This document shows positions 1 through 10,200 of a stretch of 64,000 nucleotides of DNA, piece after piece; within the stretch, counting starts at the first letter, position 1; every line of letters starts with the position of its first letter. Origin of the DNA: Acidobacteriaceae bacterium (GTDB lineage: Bacteria; Acidobacteriota; Terriglobia; Terriglobales; Acidobacteriaceae). Below the pieces are notes generated by a model that saw nothing but the letters and a program-made list of their open reading frames with translations, was not told the origin of the DNA and ran no database searches. Location of the stretch: contig PLPU01000446.1 of the NCBI GenBank assembly GCA_003159975.1, positions 7,570 through 71,569 of the forward strand. Reading direction: 5' to 3'. The position numbers were made by a program, and so were the translations under genes.

Positions 1-1065
1 AATGCGATCGTCTTCGCAACGCCGTGGACGCCTCCAGCCACTTGGAAGCTTAATGGCACCAATACCACTGTTGGTGGCGTTGACTATAACGAAACCTTCA
101 ACAGCAGTTGCAGCCCAGCCGACTACTGCGGCGGTTACCTCGATCCAAATCACTATTCCGACTACGCCAACTATCTGGAGGATTTTGTCACCTACTTCAA
201 TTCCCAAAACTCCTTCAATCTCTACGCCATTTCGATGCAGAACGAACCGGAGGAGAATGTCTCCTATGAGTCCTGCGTGTGGACTCCTGCGCAGATGGAC
301 GCCTTCATTGACTCGCTGACTGCGGGCGGCGCAACGAACCCGCTGACGGCGAAGCTCATCATGCCGGAGTCAGATACCTTCAAAACGTCCTACACCAACC
401 CGATCTTCACCGGCTCGGCTGTTGTGGACTCGGCCGCGTACAACAACATCGGCGTCATTGGCGGCCACATCTATGGAACCACGCCCTTCCTCTATCCGCA
501 GCCGTCTGGAGTCACCCAGAAAGAAGTCTGGATGACCGAGTTCGGCCCCTTGAGCTCAGCGCAGCTTACCTGGCCCCAGGCCCTGACGTTTGCCCAGAGC
601 ATCCATCAAGCCATGACCATCGCCCAATACAACGCCTATGTCTGGTGGGGGATCTTCGGCGACTCCACCGGCAGTTGTGCAACCGCAGCCGGCACCTGTG
701 GCTTAGTCGACAACAGCGGGAATCCATCTGTGGTGGGCTACGTGATGGGCCAGTACTCCAAGTTCGTTCAGCCGGGCTATTCGCACGTGGGTGTGACGGC
801 CTCCGCAAACGAGTCCGCGAATGTGCTCGTCTCCGCCTACACCGGGACCGAGAGCGGGACTCAACACTACGTCATCGTGGCAATCAATATGGGCACAAGC
901 GCCGTGACCCAGGCCTTCGCAATTCAGAACGGAACCGTGACCTCGGTGACACCCTACCAGAGCACTTCGGCCGCCGGCTTGGCGCTGCAAACTGGGGTCA
1001 GCGTGACGGCCGGCCAGTTTACCTACACACTGCCCGCGCAGAGTATCACGACGTTTGTCGAGTAA
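1..1065 (+). CDS. Glycoside hydrolase family 30 (xylanase/glucuronoxylanase-like), 5'-truncated by window edge
   Basis: Frame 1 is open from base 1 (NAIVFATPWTPPATWK...). It has the GH30 acid/base motif LYAISMQNEP, nucleophile motif VWMTE, YNAYVWW, YSKFVQPG and a C-terminal beta-sandwich ending LPAQSITTFVE. Confidence 0.85.
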   Translation, partial: NAIVFATPWTPPATWKLNGTNTTVGGVDYNETFNSSCSPADYCGGYLDPNHYSDYANYLEDFVTYFNSQNSFNLYAISMQNEPEENVSYESCVWTPAQMDAFIDSLTAGGATNPLTAKLIMPESDTFKTSYTNPIFTGSAVVDSAAYNNIGVIGGHIYGTTPFLYPQPSGVTQKEVWMTEFGPLSSAQLTWPQALTFAQSIHQAMTIAQYNAYVWWGIFGDSTGSCATAAGTCGLVDNSGNPSVVGYVMGQYSKFVQPGYSHVGVTASANESANVLVSAYTGTESGTQHYVIVAINMGTSAVTQAFAIQNGTVTSVTPYQSTSAAGLALQTGVSVTAGQFTYTLPAQSITTFVE

Positions 1066-1482
1066 GCCGATTGTTCATCCAAACCGCGCTGAAGATTGTT
1101 CTAGCAGCAATGGAACGATCCTCAGCGTGGTTTTGTCTGCGCGCTGCGGAGAATGCTGCAAAGAGGCAGCCGCAAGGTTCGCGCCAAGGCGCCGCCAATG
1201 TTACTCGGGGAACCCCGCAAGAACAGAGTCTGAACCAGATCGCGGGCGGTTTCAGGGGCTATGCAGACGGCAGCCAGAAGTATGATCGCCGTACGGCAAT
1301 ACGTTACGTCCATGAGAAGGTCAACCATGTTGACCAAGATGTTCAGCGGCCAGGCTCCCACGCCAGACTTCAAGCCAGGCCGTTATCTCGATGAGCAGGT
1401 ATTCCGCTTAGCAGACGCTGACCGCTTGGCCCTAGTGCGCCGGTAAAGGAGGGGAGCTTACCTGGGACCGGCTTATCTTTCT

Positions 1483-2625
1483 TTATTGCGGTCGTTCGTT
1501 TGAGTTTGCGCTACCTGGGTGCGGTAAAGCTGCCAGCCCCTCTCGGATCTTCTCAGGCTCCGCACCGTATTTGCGCATGATGCGAGCCGCGAAACTGCTT
1601 TCTTCTCGCAAGAGCCCCAAGAGCAGGTGCTCGGGGCCGGCACGCGAAGACCACAGCATATCGGCCTCTTCCCGCGCATGGGTTTGAGCTCGTTTACATT
1701 CTTCGGAGAGGGGCGGTCTCATCGCCGTTGAGGATACTTCCAGCGGCAAAACGATCTCGCCAGTGCGCAGAGTCTCTTCGATTTCCGTTGAAACAGCCTC
1801 CTTCGAAATCGCCAGTGGCATGAAGAGGCTCCAATGCTTTTTCTGCTCACGGAGGATGACCAACAGGAGGTGTCCGGTTTCTACTTCTGGTGAACCGGAC
1901 CGTTTGGCTTCGAATTGAGCGAAGAAAATGAGCCGCCGCATCTTTTCACTGGTACGGTTAGACCAACCGCCGCCGTTTCCCGGGTCTCTACCGAGGCGAG
2001 CACCAGGCGCGGCCTTGTCCGCCATCATCTCCATAATCTGGTCGCCCAGGTCGCTGGCATCCTCGCCATCGGAGCATTCAAGCCGATTTCTGATCTCAGC
2101 GATCTTAGCGCTTTCAGAGGGATGAGAAGTGTCCAAGAGATTCACCATTCTGTTCAGCGCCCTGAGCTTATGCTCCTTTTCCGATGGTGGTTCGTAGGGA
2201 ACTGCCGTTAGTTGGAAGCGGATCAGATCGAGGTCCGCGCCGCGCTCGCGGAGCATTCGCGCCGCGGTGCTGTTCTTCTCACGCAAGATGGCAATGAGCA
2301 AATTGTCGATGCCGATGTTTTCCTGTCCTGCCCGCTCTGCCTCTTCAGCCGCCATCGCGATTACACGCTCGTATTCCTCGGTGCGTTCCGGCCGCGCCGC
2401 CGATTTGGGGATTTCCTCGCCCCTGGCAAAGTTCCGCCGAATCGCTTCGAGAAAAGGGTCGCCAGTAACTTCGGTCTTCATAAAACGGTTCAGGAACCCA
2501 GGATTTTCGCGCATGATTCCAATGAGCAAATGCTCCGTCTCGATGTTTTGTGAGGCAGACATTTTGGCAATGCCATAGGCAATGACAGCAGCTCCTCGCG
2601 CCTCGGGCGTCAGCCGTTCGGACAT
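1483..2625 (-). CDS. Protein of tandem Clp N-terminal (Clp-R) domains, no AAA+ ATPase
   Basis: Four Clp-N repeat motifs (IETEHLLIGIM, IGIDNLLIAIL, VETGHLLLVIL, AGPEHLLLGLL). No Walker A. AGGAG RBS upstream. Confidence 0.8.
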   Translation of the reverse strand: MSERLTPEARGAAVIAYGIAKMSASQNIETEHLLIGIMRENPGFLNRFMKTEVTGDPFLEAIRRNFARGEEIPKSAARPERTEEYERVIAMAAEEAERAGQENIGIDNLLIAILREKNSTAARMLRERGADLDLIRFQLTAVPYEPPSEKEHKLRALNRMVNLLDTSHPSESAKIAEIRNRLECSDGEDASDLGDQIMEMMADKAAPGARLGRDPGNGGGWSNRTSEKMRRLIFFAQFEAKRSGSPEVETGHLLLVILREQKKHWSLFMPLAISKEAVSTEIEETLRTGEIVLPLEVSSTAMRPPLSEECKRAQTHAREEADMLWSSRAGPEHLLLGLLREESSFAARIMRKYGAEPEKIREGLAALPHPGSANSNERPQ

Positions 2626-2818
2626 CTTCTCCTAACCTCCAGCCAGGAGCTTCCGCACAATGATGTTGCCAGTCAATGCGCTCGGAAAAACTCTCGGCGA
2701 AACGATCATTGTAATCTGCGTTCTCCTTATTTGACCCCAAGACCCGATCAGGCCGCCTGTCTGGAGGGCGAGGCCTGGACGCTTAGGGCCAATGGGCCCT
2801 GACGGGCGCACAAATTAA

Positions 2819-2844
2819 AGCGGGAGCGATGGCTCGCTCCCGCT
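2819..2844 (-). terminator. Intrinsic terminator after the NHL/Ig genes
   Basis: 11-bp stem AGCGGGAGCGA/TCGCTCCCGCT with a 4-nt loop, followed by a T-rich tract on the minus strand, 20 nt after the stop at 2864. Confidence 0.7.
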
Positions 2845-2863
2845 CGTTACAGTGTGGGTTCGG

Positions 2864-5800
2864 CTACTGACTAACTGTTACGTTGACGGTAAACGGCAGA
2901 GACACATCGTTTCCGTTCGCTTGCACGATGACGGTTTGCGCGCCAGAGGTTCCAGGATTTGTGGTAACCGTCAGAGACCCGGTTTCCTTGGCTGAAACCG
3001 TAACCCAGTAGCTCCCGGCCGGCGTAACACCGGTTGTTTTCGTCGAACCCAGAGTCGTGGTGCTGCATGCGGTGATGCCGGCCATAGCGGCTCCGCAAAG
3101 CAATAGACTGACGACCGTCAGAAGAACCCTCAATCGCGAGGCCCTCTTGCGGAATGCGAAGCCGAGGAAGCCCAACCCGAACAGCGTCGCGAGTGCGAGG
3201 CTGCTCTTGTCCGCTGCATTACGACTGGCAGTGAGATTTGGGCTTACGTTGGTATTGATGGTCACCAAAACCGTGCCGGGCCCAAGGCATCCATCAACGG
3301 CAGTGCAAGGCGTTGTCCCACTGCTCGAATGATTGGACGAATATCCATTTACGGACCCAGGCGCAGGGCCGATATCGATGGCGCAGTATGCGGGCGCCGC
3401 GGAAGTGCTCGTAGCGCATTCCAGTCCACCGGGGTTCGTCATGAAATTTGGATCTGCTGCATTCGGAGTTGGATAGGTAAAGGAGCACGTTGCGTACGCC
3501 GGCAGACCTTGGCACTGCAAGTCGATCGGCATCGACCAGTTAAGGTTGCTCGTGTCGTTGCGTCCCGCATATCCATATCCCAGGACCGAAGTTAACGTGA
3601 GCGTCGCCGACGCCGAGGATCCGGAAGCCACAGTCAGCGAGGCCGGGCTGGAGCTGATCTGGACCATCGGACTGCGCAGCGCCCATATTCCTATGGCGCT
3701 TCCCGTGACCTGCGTGAAGTTGGGATTGGTGCTGACAAGGTCGTTATAGGTCCCCGTATAGACCGGAGTAACCGTGTAATAGGTCATGATATCGGGGATT
3801 GTGGTGTTGCTTGTGCTGATCGTCGCGCATGAAAGTGCCATCGAGGCATCCCCGGTGTCAGACACGTCGATGATCGATGAGCTACCCGCATCGTTGCCGC
3901 AGAGGGACACGCCGCTCGCACTTTCATAGTTCACTGATCCATAGTTAAATCCTGTCTCCACATTCGAGCTATTGTAGATGGCTGTACCGATCATGGGAAA
4001 GCCGGCCTCTGTCGGCGCGACAGTAACAGGATAGGTGTAAAGCCAATCGTTGACCGATCCGTCGTATGGCTGATCGCCACCGCAACCCGCGGCGCACTCC
4101 CCTCCAAGGATCAGGTAACCCGAAGGATTCCCGGAGGGCTGCCCATAGCTATACGAGGTGGTGCAACTGGAGCCGGAGCCCGCCGTACACGGGAGCGTAT
4201 AGGCCTCCAGTGGAATCGAAGGGAGCCCGGTCTGGGGCAACGTTAAGGTTGTGGGCTGGGTTATCGTGACTGCTACCGCCGCAGTGATGGAGGCGGCCTC
4301 CGTGTTGCTGGAGTGCTCGTAAATGTAGGTCGCATCTCCGTTGTATTCGGCTGTGAACGAATACGACCCAATGGGAAGCATGGTTGGATTGAACGAGGCC
4401 GCCGCATTGGTGAGTGGCAGAGTGATTGTGTACGGGTCTGGCAGAGCTGGATTGGTAACAGGAACATTGCTACCGGGAATGACCGTAAGGGTCACGGTCC
4501 CCGTTAATGGTTGGGTGTTAGCCGCAGTGGGCGCGACGACCACCGAAATCGGGATCCCTTCGATGCTGCCGTTGGCGCCCACAGTCATCGTAGTCGTTGT
4601 AGCGGCCAACGTCGGAGCCACGCCTGTGCTGTTCACGCCCACGGGAGTATTGGCCACATCGCCCTGAACCAGAACCTCGCCTGTCAGAGTGCCTCCGTCG
4701 CCGATACCGGAGCTGAAGGTGATGGTCACTGTGCAGGTCGAGTTGATGGCGATCGAATTGCCGATGCATGTGTCCGCTGTCTCGCTATAGTCGGCGGTAT
4801 TTGAGTAACCCGTGACCGTCAGGGGTGCATTGCCATAGTTCAGGAGCGTCGCCGTTTGTGTCGTAGACGAACCTGCGGACGGAGCCGGATATGAGTCGGC
4901 GGTCAGGGTTCCGAAATTAATAGACGCGCTGGCGCTGGTCAGGTTGACGTCCAGCGCGCTCCCGTCCGCCACGTAAATGTTGCCCAGAGAATCCAGGGCC
5001 ACAGACGCCGGATTCGTGACGGCGCTCGCTACGTGTGTTTTGTCGGCGATGTTAAGACTGCCGCTCACGCTGGGAACACGAATCGTCCCGCCCGCCATGG
5101 CAACGTAAACCGAGCCCGAGGGATCGACCGCGAGGCCGGTCACGCCAGCGAGGCCGCTGAGCACTTGAGTCTGGGTTCCGGTCGGCGCGACTTCGTACAC
5201 GCTACCGCCGTCGACTACATAGAGATTATCGTTAGAATCCACCGCTATCGCAGAAGGTGTGCTCACCGCGGTACCGGAGACGTATACGATTTGCGAACTC
5301 AGCACGCCGGGCAGGCTGGTGTTCCAGCCTGTGCTGAAATTCTCCAGCTCATAGACTTTCTGGTTGCTCACGTCCGATACAAAGAGATTGCCAAGGCCGT
5401 CCGCAGCCAGCAGAACCTGTGAGCCGAAGGTCAAGCCGGTCTTCAGCGTCACCTGGCCCTTGGAATTCAGGCCCGCGGCGGTTTCCGGAACCTCATAGAG
5501 GCTGCCGCTGTCAGCGATGAAAACATCGCCGGCTCCATCGACCGCAACGCCCGTCGGAGCTTTGAGGCCTGTACCCACGGAAGTCCCCGCAGCGCCCGCT
5601 GCCGAACCCGCCGGGTACAACTCCACCGCGCCAAGGCCCGAATCAGCCACATAGAGATTGCCGGCCGCGTCCAGGGCTATTTGACTGGGCGTCTTGAGGC
5701 CGCCGGCGATTGTCGACTGCGCCGGCTCCATAAACTGCACAGCGGCGCTCGTTCCAGTGCCCCCAAGGGGGATGGAAGCCAGCAGATTGCCCTTCGCGTC

Positions 5801-7090
5801 CAGCATGACCAAGGTGGCGGAAACTTTACCCGCTGCGTGGGGATTGAAGCTTACAACAACAGGGCAGTACGTCAGTGCAGCATTAGCTGTACCGACGGCG
5901 CAGTTTGCCGAGCTGCTGCTGACGATCGTGAAGTCCAGATTACTCGAACCGGCTTCCAGCACCTCTATCGTGCCGGGAGTCGTGCTTGCATTGAAACTGA
6001 AGTTGATACTTTTCTGTGCGGGTTTGCTTGTCCCAACCGTCTCCGCGCCAAATGCGGCGGCGTTGAAGGCAACTTTCACGGGGTCGCTGGTGTTGTTCTG
6101 AATGGAAGGAACGAACACGTACCCGTCATTACCCGTCACCCCGACTGACCCTTGAGCGATCACAGAGGTCAGCAGCAGAGCCGCGCTGGACGAAGTTGAG
6201 CCGACGGGTAGCAAAAAGACGCCGTCCGTGCTGTCGCCGATATAAATATTCCCGGCACCATCGACGGTCACTCCCGTCACGCTGGGCAGACTGGGATCGA
6301 TTCGCTTGAGGCCCGAATCCGACGTCAGTCCGGTTGTTCCGGCGGGAATCTCGTAAGCGCCAACCAAAGCGCCCGAACCTTGCTCGACAAAATAGATATT
6401 GCCTGTCGGGTCCTCGGCAATCGAGATTGCCGTTCCCTTCAGGCCTGTGATGATTGAGGTCGCCGCTCCTGCCACCGGGGCGGCCGGCGATCCAGAGACC
6501 GCGATACTGGCGATCCCGTTCCCGGTCGAGCCGCTGGTTCCGATCAGGACACTGGTATTGCCGATTCCGATTCCCCACGTCTGCACCCCGGTCCCGAAAT
6601 TGTAGAAGCTGGGGGCGGTCGTGCCGCAGGCGCTTGAAGAAGGGGCTTTCGATGTTAACGCGGCCAGACCATCCCATGTGCCGGTGACAGTGTCGTAGGG
6701 ATATATCAGCACGCAAGTGCCGCCCTCGATATACAGATTGTTGGCGGTGTCGATGGCGATTCCCGGGGTCACAATGCTGTTGGTGGCGCTACTGCCGGCG
6801 AGGCCGCCGGAGCCAACGAGCGTCTTGAAAGTTACCCCGCCGGCAGGCAACTCATACAGCGCTCCGTTCGTATCGTCCTCGACGAGCCAGTCCCCGAAAG
6901 TATCGGTAGCGGTGTTCGCGATACTCCCAATGCTGGTTTGCGCCGGCTGAGCCAGCCCGGTGGCGAAACTCGCGATGGCCGTCGGCGTGGTCTGCGCCCA
7001 GGCTCCCGCGCAAAACCCTGCGGCTAGGAACAGGAACGTCAGCGCAAATCCGGAGAACCGGCGCAGCGACATGGATGAATTGCTGAACAT
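2864..7090 (-). CDS. Large secreted NHL-repeat beta-propeller / Ig-like surface protein
   Basis: Signal peptide ending AWA-Q. Many 'P.GVAVD.AG.vYvAD' NHL repeats and Ig-like domains. C-terminal membrane hairpin. Start moved to ATG 7090, which has an AGGGGG RBS. Confidence 0.8.
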   Translation of the reverse strand: MFSNSSMSLRRFSGFALTFLFLAAGFCAGAWAQTTPTAIASFATGLAQPAQTSIGSIANTATDTFGDWLVEDDTNGALYELPAGGVTFKTLVGSGGLAGSSATNSIVTPGIAIDTANNLYIEGGTCVLIYPYDTVTGTWDGLAALTSKAPSSSACGTTAPSFYNFGTGVQTWGIGIGNTSVLIGTSGSTGNGIASIAVSGSPAAPVAGAATSIITGLKGTAISIAEDPTGNIYFVEQGSGALVGAYEIPAGTTGLTSDSGLKRIDPSLPSVTGVTVDGAGNIYIGDSTDGVFLLPVGSTSSSAALLLTSVIAQGSVGVTGNDGYVFVPSIQNNTSDPVKVAFNAAAFGAETVGTSKPAQKSINFSFNASTTPGTIEVLEAGSSNLDFTIVSSSSANCAVGTANAALTYCPVVVSFNPHAAGKVSATLVMLDAKGNLLASIPLGGTGTSAAVQFMEPAQSTIAGGLKTPSQIALDAAGNLYVADSGLGAVELYPAGSAAGAAGTSVGTGLKAPTGVAVDGAGDVFIADSGSLYEVPETAAGLNSKGQVTLKTGLTFGSQVLLAADGLGNLFVSDVSNQKVYELENFSTGWNTSLPGVLSSQIVYVSGTAVSTPSAIAVDSNDNLYVVDGGSVYEVAPTGTQTQVLSGLAGVTGLAVDPSGSVYVAMAGGTIRVPSVSGSLNIADKTHVASAVTNPASVALDSLGNIYVADGSALDVNLTSASASINFGTLTADSYPAPSAGSSTTQTATLLNYGNAPLTVTGYSNTADYSETADTCIGNSIAINSTCTVTITFSSGIGDGGTLTGEVLVQGDVANTPVGVNSTGVAPTLAATTTTMTVGANGSIEGIPISVVVAPTAANTQPLTGTVTLTVIPGSNVPVTNPALPDPYTITLPLTNAAASFNPTMLPIGSYSFTAEYNGDATYIYEHSSNTEAASITAAVAVTITQPTTLTLPQTGLPSIPLEAYTLPCTAGSGSSCTTSYSYGQPSGNPSGYLILGGECAAGCGGDQPYDGSVNDWLYTYPVTVAPTEAGFPMIGTAIYNSSNVETGFNYGSVNYESASGVSLCGNDAGSSSIIDVSDTGDASMALSCATISTSNTTIPDIMTYYTVTPVYTGTYNDLVSTNPNFTQVTGSAIGIWALRSPMVQISSSPASLTVASGSSASATLTLTSVLGYGYAGRNDTSNLNWSMPIDLQCQGLPAYATCSFTYPTPNAADPNFMTNPGGLECATSTSAAPAYCAIDIGPAPGSVNGYSSNHSSSGTTPCTAVDGCLGPGTVLVTINTNVSPNLTASRNAADKSSLALATLFGLGFLGFAFRKRASRLRVLLTVVSLLLCGAAMAGITACSTTTLGSTKTTGVTPAGSYWVTVSAKETGSLTVTTNPGTSGAQTVIVQANGNDVSLPFTVNVTVSQ

Positions 7091-7217
7091 AACATTTCCC
7101 CCTGGAAGACTCATACCAACTTTGTTCGTAACCTCAAACCGCAGCATGAACGGACCTGAATTCCGCGGCTTGCGGAGGGCGGCTGCCCGCCCTCCATAAG
7201 CCACTTCGCACCGGCAT

Positions 7218-10200
7218 CTATTGGGCCGCCTGAATCGTCACGGGTATTGTGAAGGGCAGTGACTCCTGCGCACCCGACGATGGATCCGTGACCAAAATGC
7301 TGACCTTATAAGTACCGGCCGGAGTTGTGTACACCGGAACCTTGATTTGCTGCGTGTAACTGTTGTTGGTGCAACCGCCAAAGCCCATGACGGCCCCGAT
7401 CAGCAACAACGCAAGAGAGACACTGTTGAGCAGCTTGTGGTTGAAGATCGCCCTCCTTCGCAACGCCAGCCCGAAGAGTCCGAGACCGAGGAACCCAGCC
7501 GGAATCAGCGGTGAGGTGCCCGGCCGATTGGCCGGCACATTGGCTGCGGTCGCCGGCGGCAGGTTTACCGGGATGTTGGAGCTGATGGTAACCACGGTCG
7601 TAGTAATTCCGCTGCACGGAATCGCGGTTGTGCCGGGGGGCGCACAGATAACAGGGTTAGGAACGCTGAATGTACACTCGGAATAGTACGGAAGCGTGGA
7701 GTTGTTGCACGCGATGTTGGCGCCATTCGGGGCCGAGAACCCAGCAAGCGATTGCAAGGTGATGGTACTCGCCACCGGAGTCCCGGCTGAAGTCGAGACC
7801 GAAGTCGGGCTTGCCGTGATCAGCACGCTGCTCGGAATGACCTGGAACGCGATGGCCGAAGAAGTGACGGAAGCGAAATTCTGATCGCCGCTGAAGACGG
7901 CGGTGATAGAGTAGGATCCGTTCGCCAATGTGCTTGTGTTGAAGACTGCATTCCCGTTCGCATCCAGCGGGGCGGTTCCCACGGCCTGAGAGCCGTTCAT
8001 GAAGGTAAAGGTGCCCGACGGCGACCCGAGCGACGAGGAAACGTTAACCGCAAGGGTGATTGAGTTTTGTCCGGTCTCGACATAGTAGATGCCGTTGAAG
8101 CTGTTGGGGCTGACGCCGAGGGGCTCGCTCAGTGTGATTGTCGGCGCCGCCGGCGCAACAGTAAACGTCACGGCGCTGCTTGTGCTCTTTTGCATCAGTT
8201 GAGCAACATTTCCGCCATATTGGGCCGTCACGCTATACCCGCCGCCCTCGATCCCAGTCAGGTTGAATGTTGCGGTGGTGCCCGCATCGGTACCCGAGGC
8301 GGTCCCTGTTTGCGTAATGGGTTGTTGCGTGCAGCCCACGGCTGTGCAGGCGACCGTCAGTGTGACCGGCCCCGATGGAATGTTGGTATTGGGGGGGGTG
8401 GTGGAAGTCGGTTCCGGCGTGACGGTCACAGTGACCGTCGTGCCCCCAGGGTAAGTCGTGGTAGCCGGGTTGAGGCTGACGGCCGTTTGAGTCGGCTCGA
8501 GGTTGGCTGTGGCCTGGCCCTCCAGCGCGGCAGTGATGTCACCCGCAGGAACGTTACCCGCGTTCGTTGGGACCGTCATGGAATCGCCGGAATAAGCGCC
8601 TTTCGTCGGCGGCGTGAACCCGATTCCCAGCGTGCAAGACGAGCCGGTAGCCACGGGCGTCGCGCCCGTGGTATCGCATGCAGTCCCACTGTTGGAGGCT
8701 ACCACTGAGAAATCGGCGGCATCGTTACCGGAGAATGTGGGGTTTCCGGTCAACGTGAGAGGCTCGTTGCCGATGTCAAACAAGGGGACGTCCTGTTGGG
8801 TGAGAACAGTAGGGGTAAGGCCTACACCAAAATTCACCAATCCTGTGACGGCCAATTCGAACAGGTTCGGGGTACTGTTTGTCATGTCGGAAACATACAG
8901 ATTTCCCGTCTGATCCAGGGCCACGCTAGTGGGCGCAGTGATGGTGCTGTCCAATGAGCCCGCACTGTTGACGCTGAGAGTCCCGCTAATCGAGGGGATG
9001 CGAAGGATGCCGCCGCTTTCAGATACAAGCACCGACCCGGACGCATCCACAGCCAGGCCGGTAACAGAACCAGCCAGGGAAGTGGTGATTGGGGTCTGCA
9101 CACTCTCCGGCGTGACTTCATACAGAGTCGAACCATCGGCAACAAACAGGTCGCCGGAGGAGTCCATAGCGATCGCACTGGGTTGGTTGAATCCCGAGCC
9201 GACAGTGATGGTGGTTGAAGCGTTGATACCCGCCTCATCGCCGTTAGGAATCAAATTGGCTGTGGCGGGATTGGGAATCTTGACAACACGGGAGTTGTTG
9301 GGGTCCGCGACATATACGTTGCCGACGCCGTCCACCGCCAGATTGAGATCCTTTCCAAGGCCCGAGGCGACGACGGCCTGGCCCGCGGTGTTGAGGACGC
9401 CGTTTACCGCGGGAATCTCGATCACGTTTCCGGAGTCGGCAATATAAACATCGCCCGACCCGTCCACGGCAACGCCGGTGGGGGCCACCAACCCGCTCCC
9501 GATCGAAGTACCCGTTGCACTGGAGGAATTCGCCGGGAAGTAAAGAACTTTCTTGAGACCGGAATCGGCAAGATACGTATCGCCGAGGGAATCGGCAGCC
9601 ACCTGCGCGGGGGACTGGAGTCCGGAAGCGATTGCGGTTTGCATGGGAGAGTCAAGCATCGCCGCTTCCGCGCCTTGCCCGGTTCCGCTCAGATAGACCT
9701 TGCTGCCCTGAATCATGTTGTTACTCGAATCCAACATCGTCACCTGACCGGAGACAGCCCCTGGGGCGCGCGCATTCAACGCTACCCAAATCTGGCAGCT
9801 AGATTGCGCCGTGTATGCTGTTGCCGCAGTGCATGGAACTGCCGGCGTTCCCGATTGAGGAGGATTGGGGTTTGCCGATGCGGCCGCGAAATCCGTCCCG
9901 CCTGCTGTCTGCGAGTATTGAATGGATCCAGGCGTGACCGCCTGGTTAAAGGTCACAAATACAGTACCTGACGGTCCCGCGGTTCCCGACCCCGAGGAGC
10001 CAAGCGTGAAATTCACGCCGTTGCTCTGCAAGGCGCCCACGATAACTACCACATTCCCCGTGGTCGCGTCCGGCGGCACCACCGCCACGATCGACGTGGG
10101 GCTCCAACTGGTGATTGTGGTCGTCGACGTCTGATTGTTGAACAAGACCGTGCTGGTACCCTGCGCCGCACCGAAGTTCGCCCCGGAAATCGTCACCGAG

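Noticed and set aside
1066-1482. Short ORFs or possible ncRNA between GH30 and the Clp-N gene
   Set aside because: No RBS-supported ORF with recognisable features and no RNA family signature I can identify.
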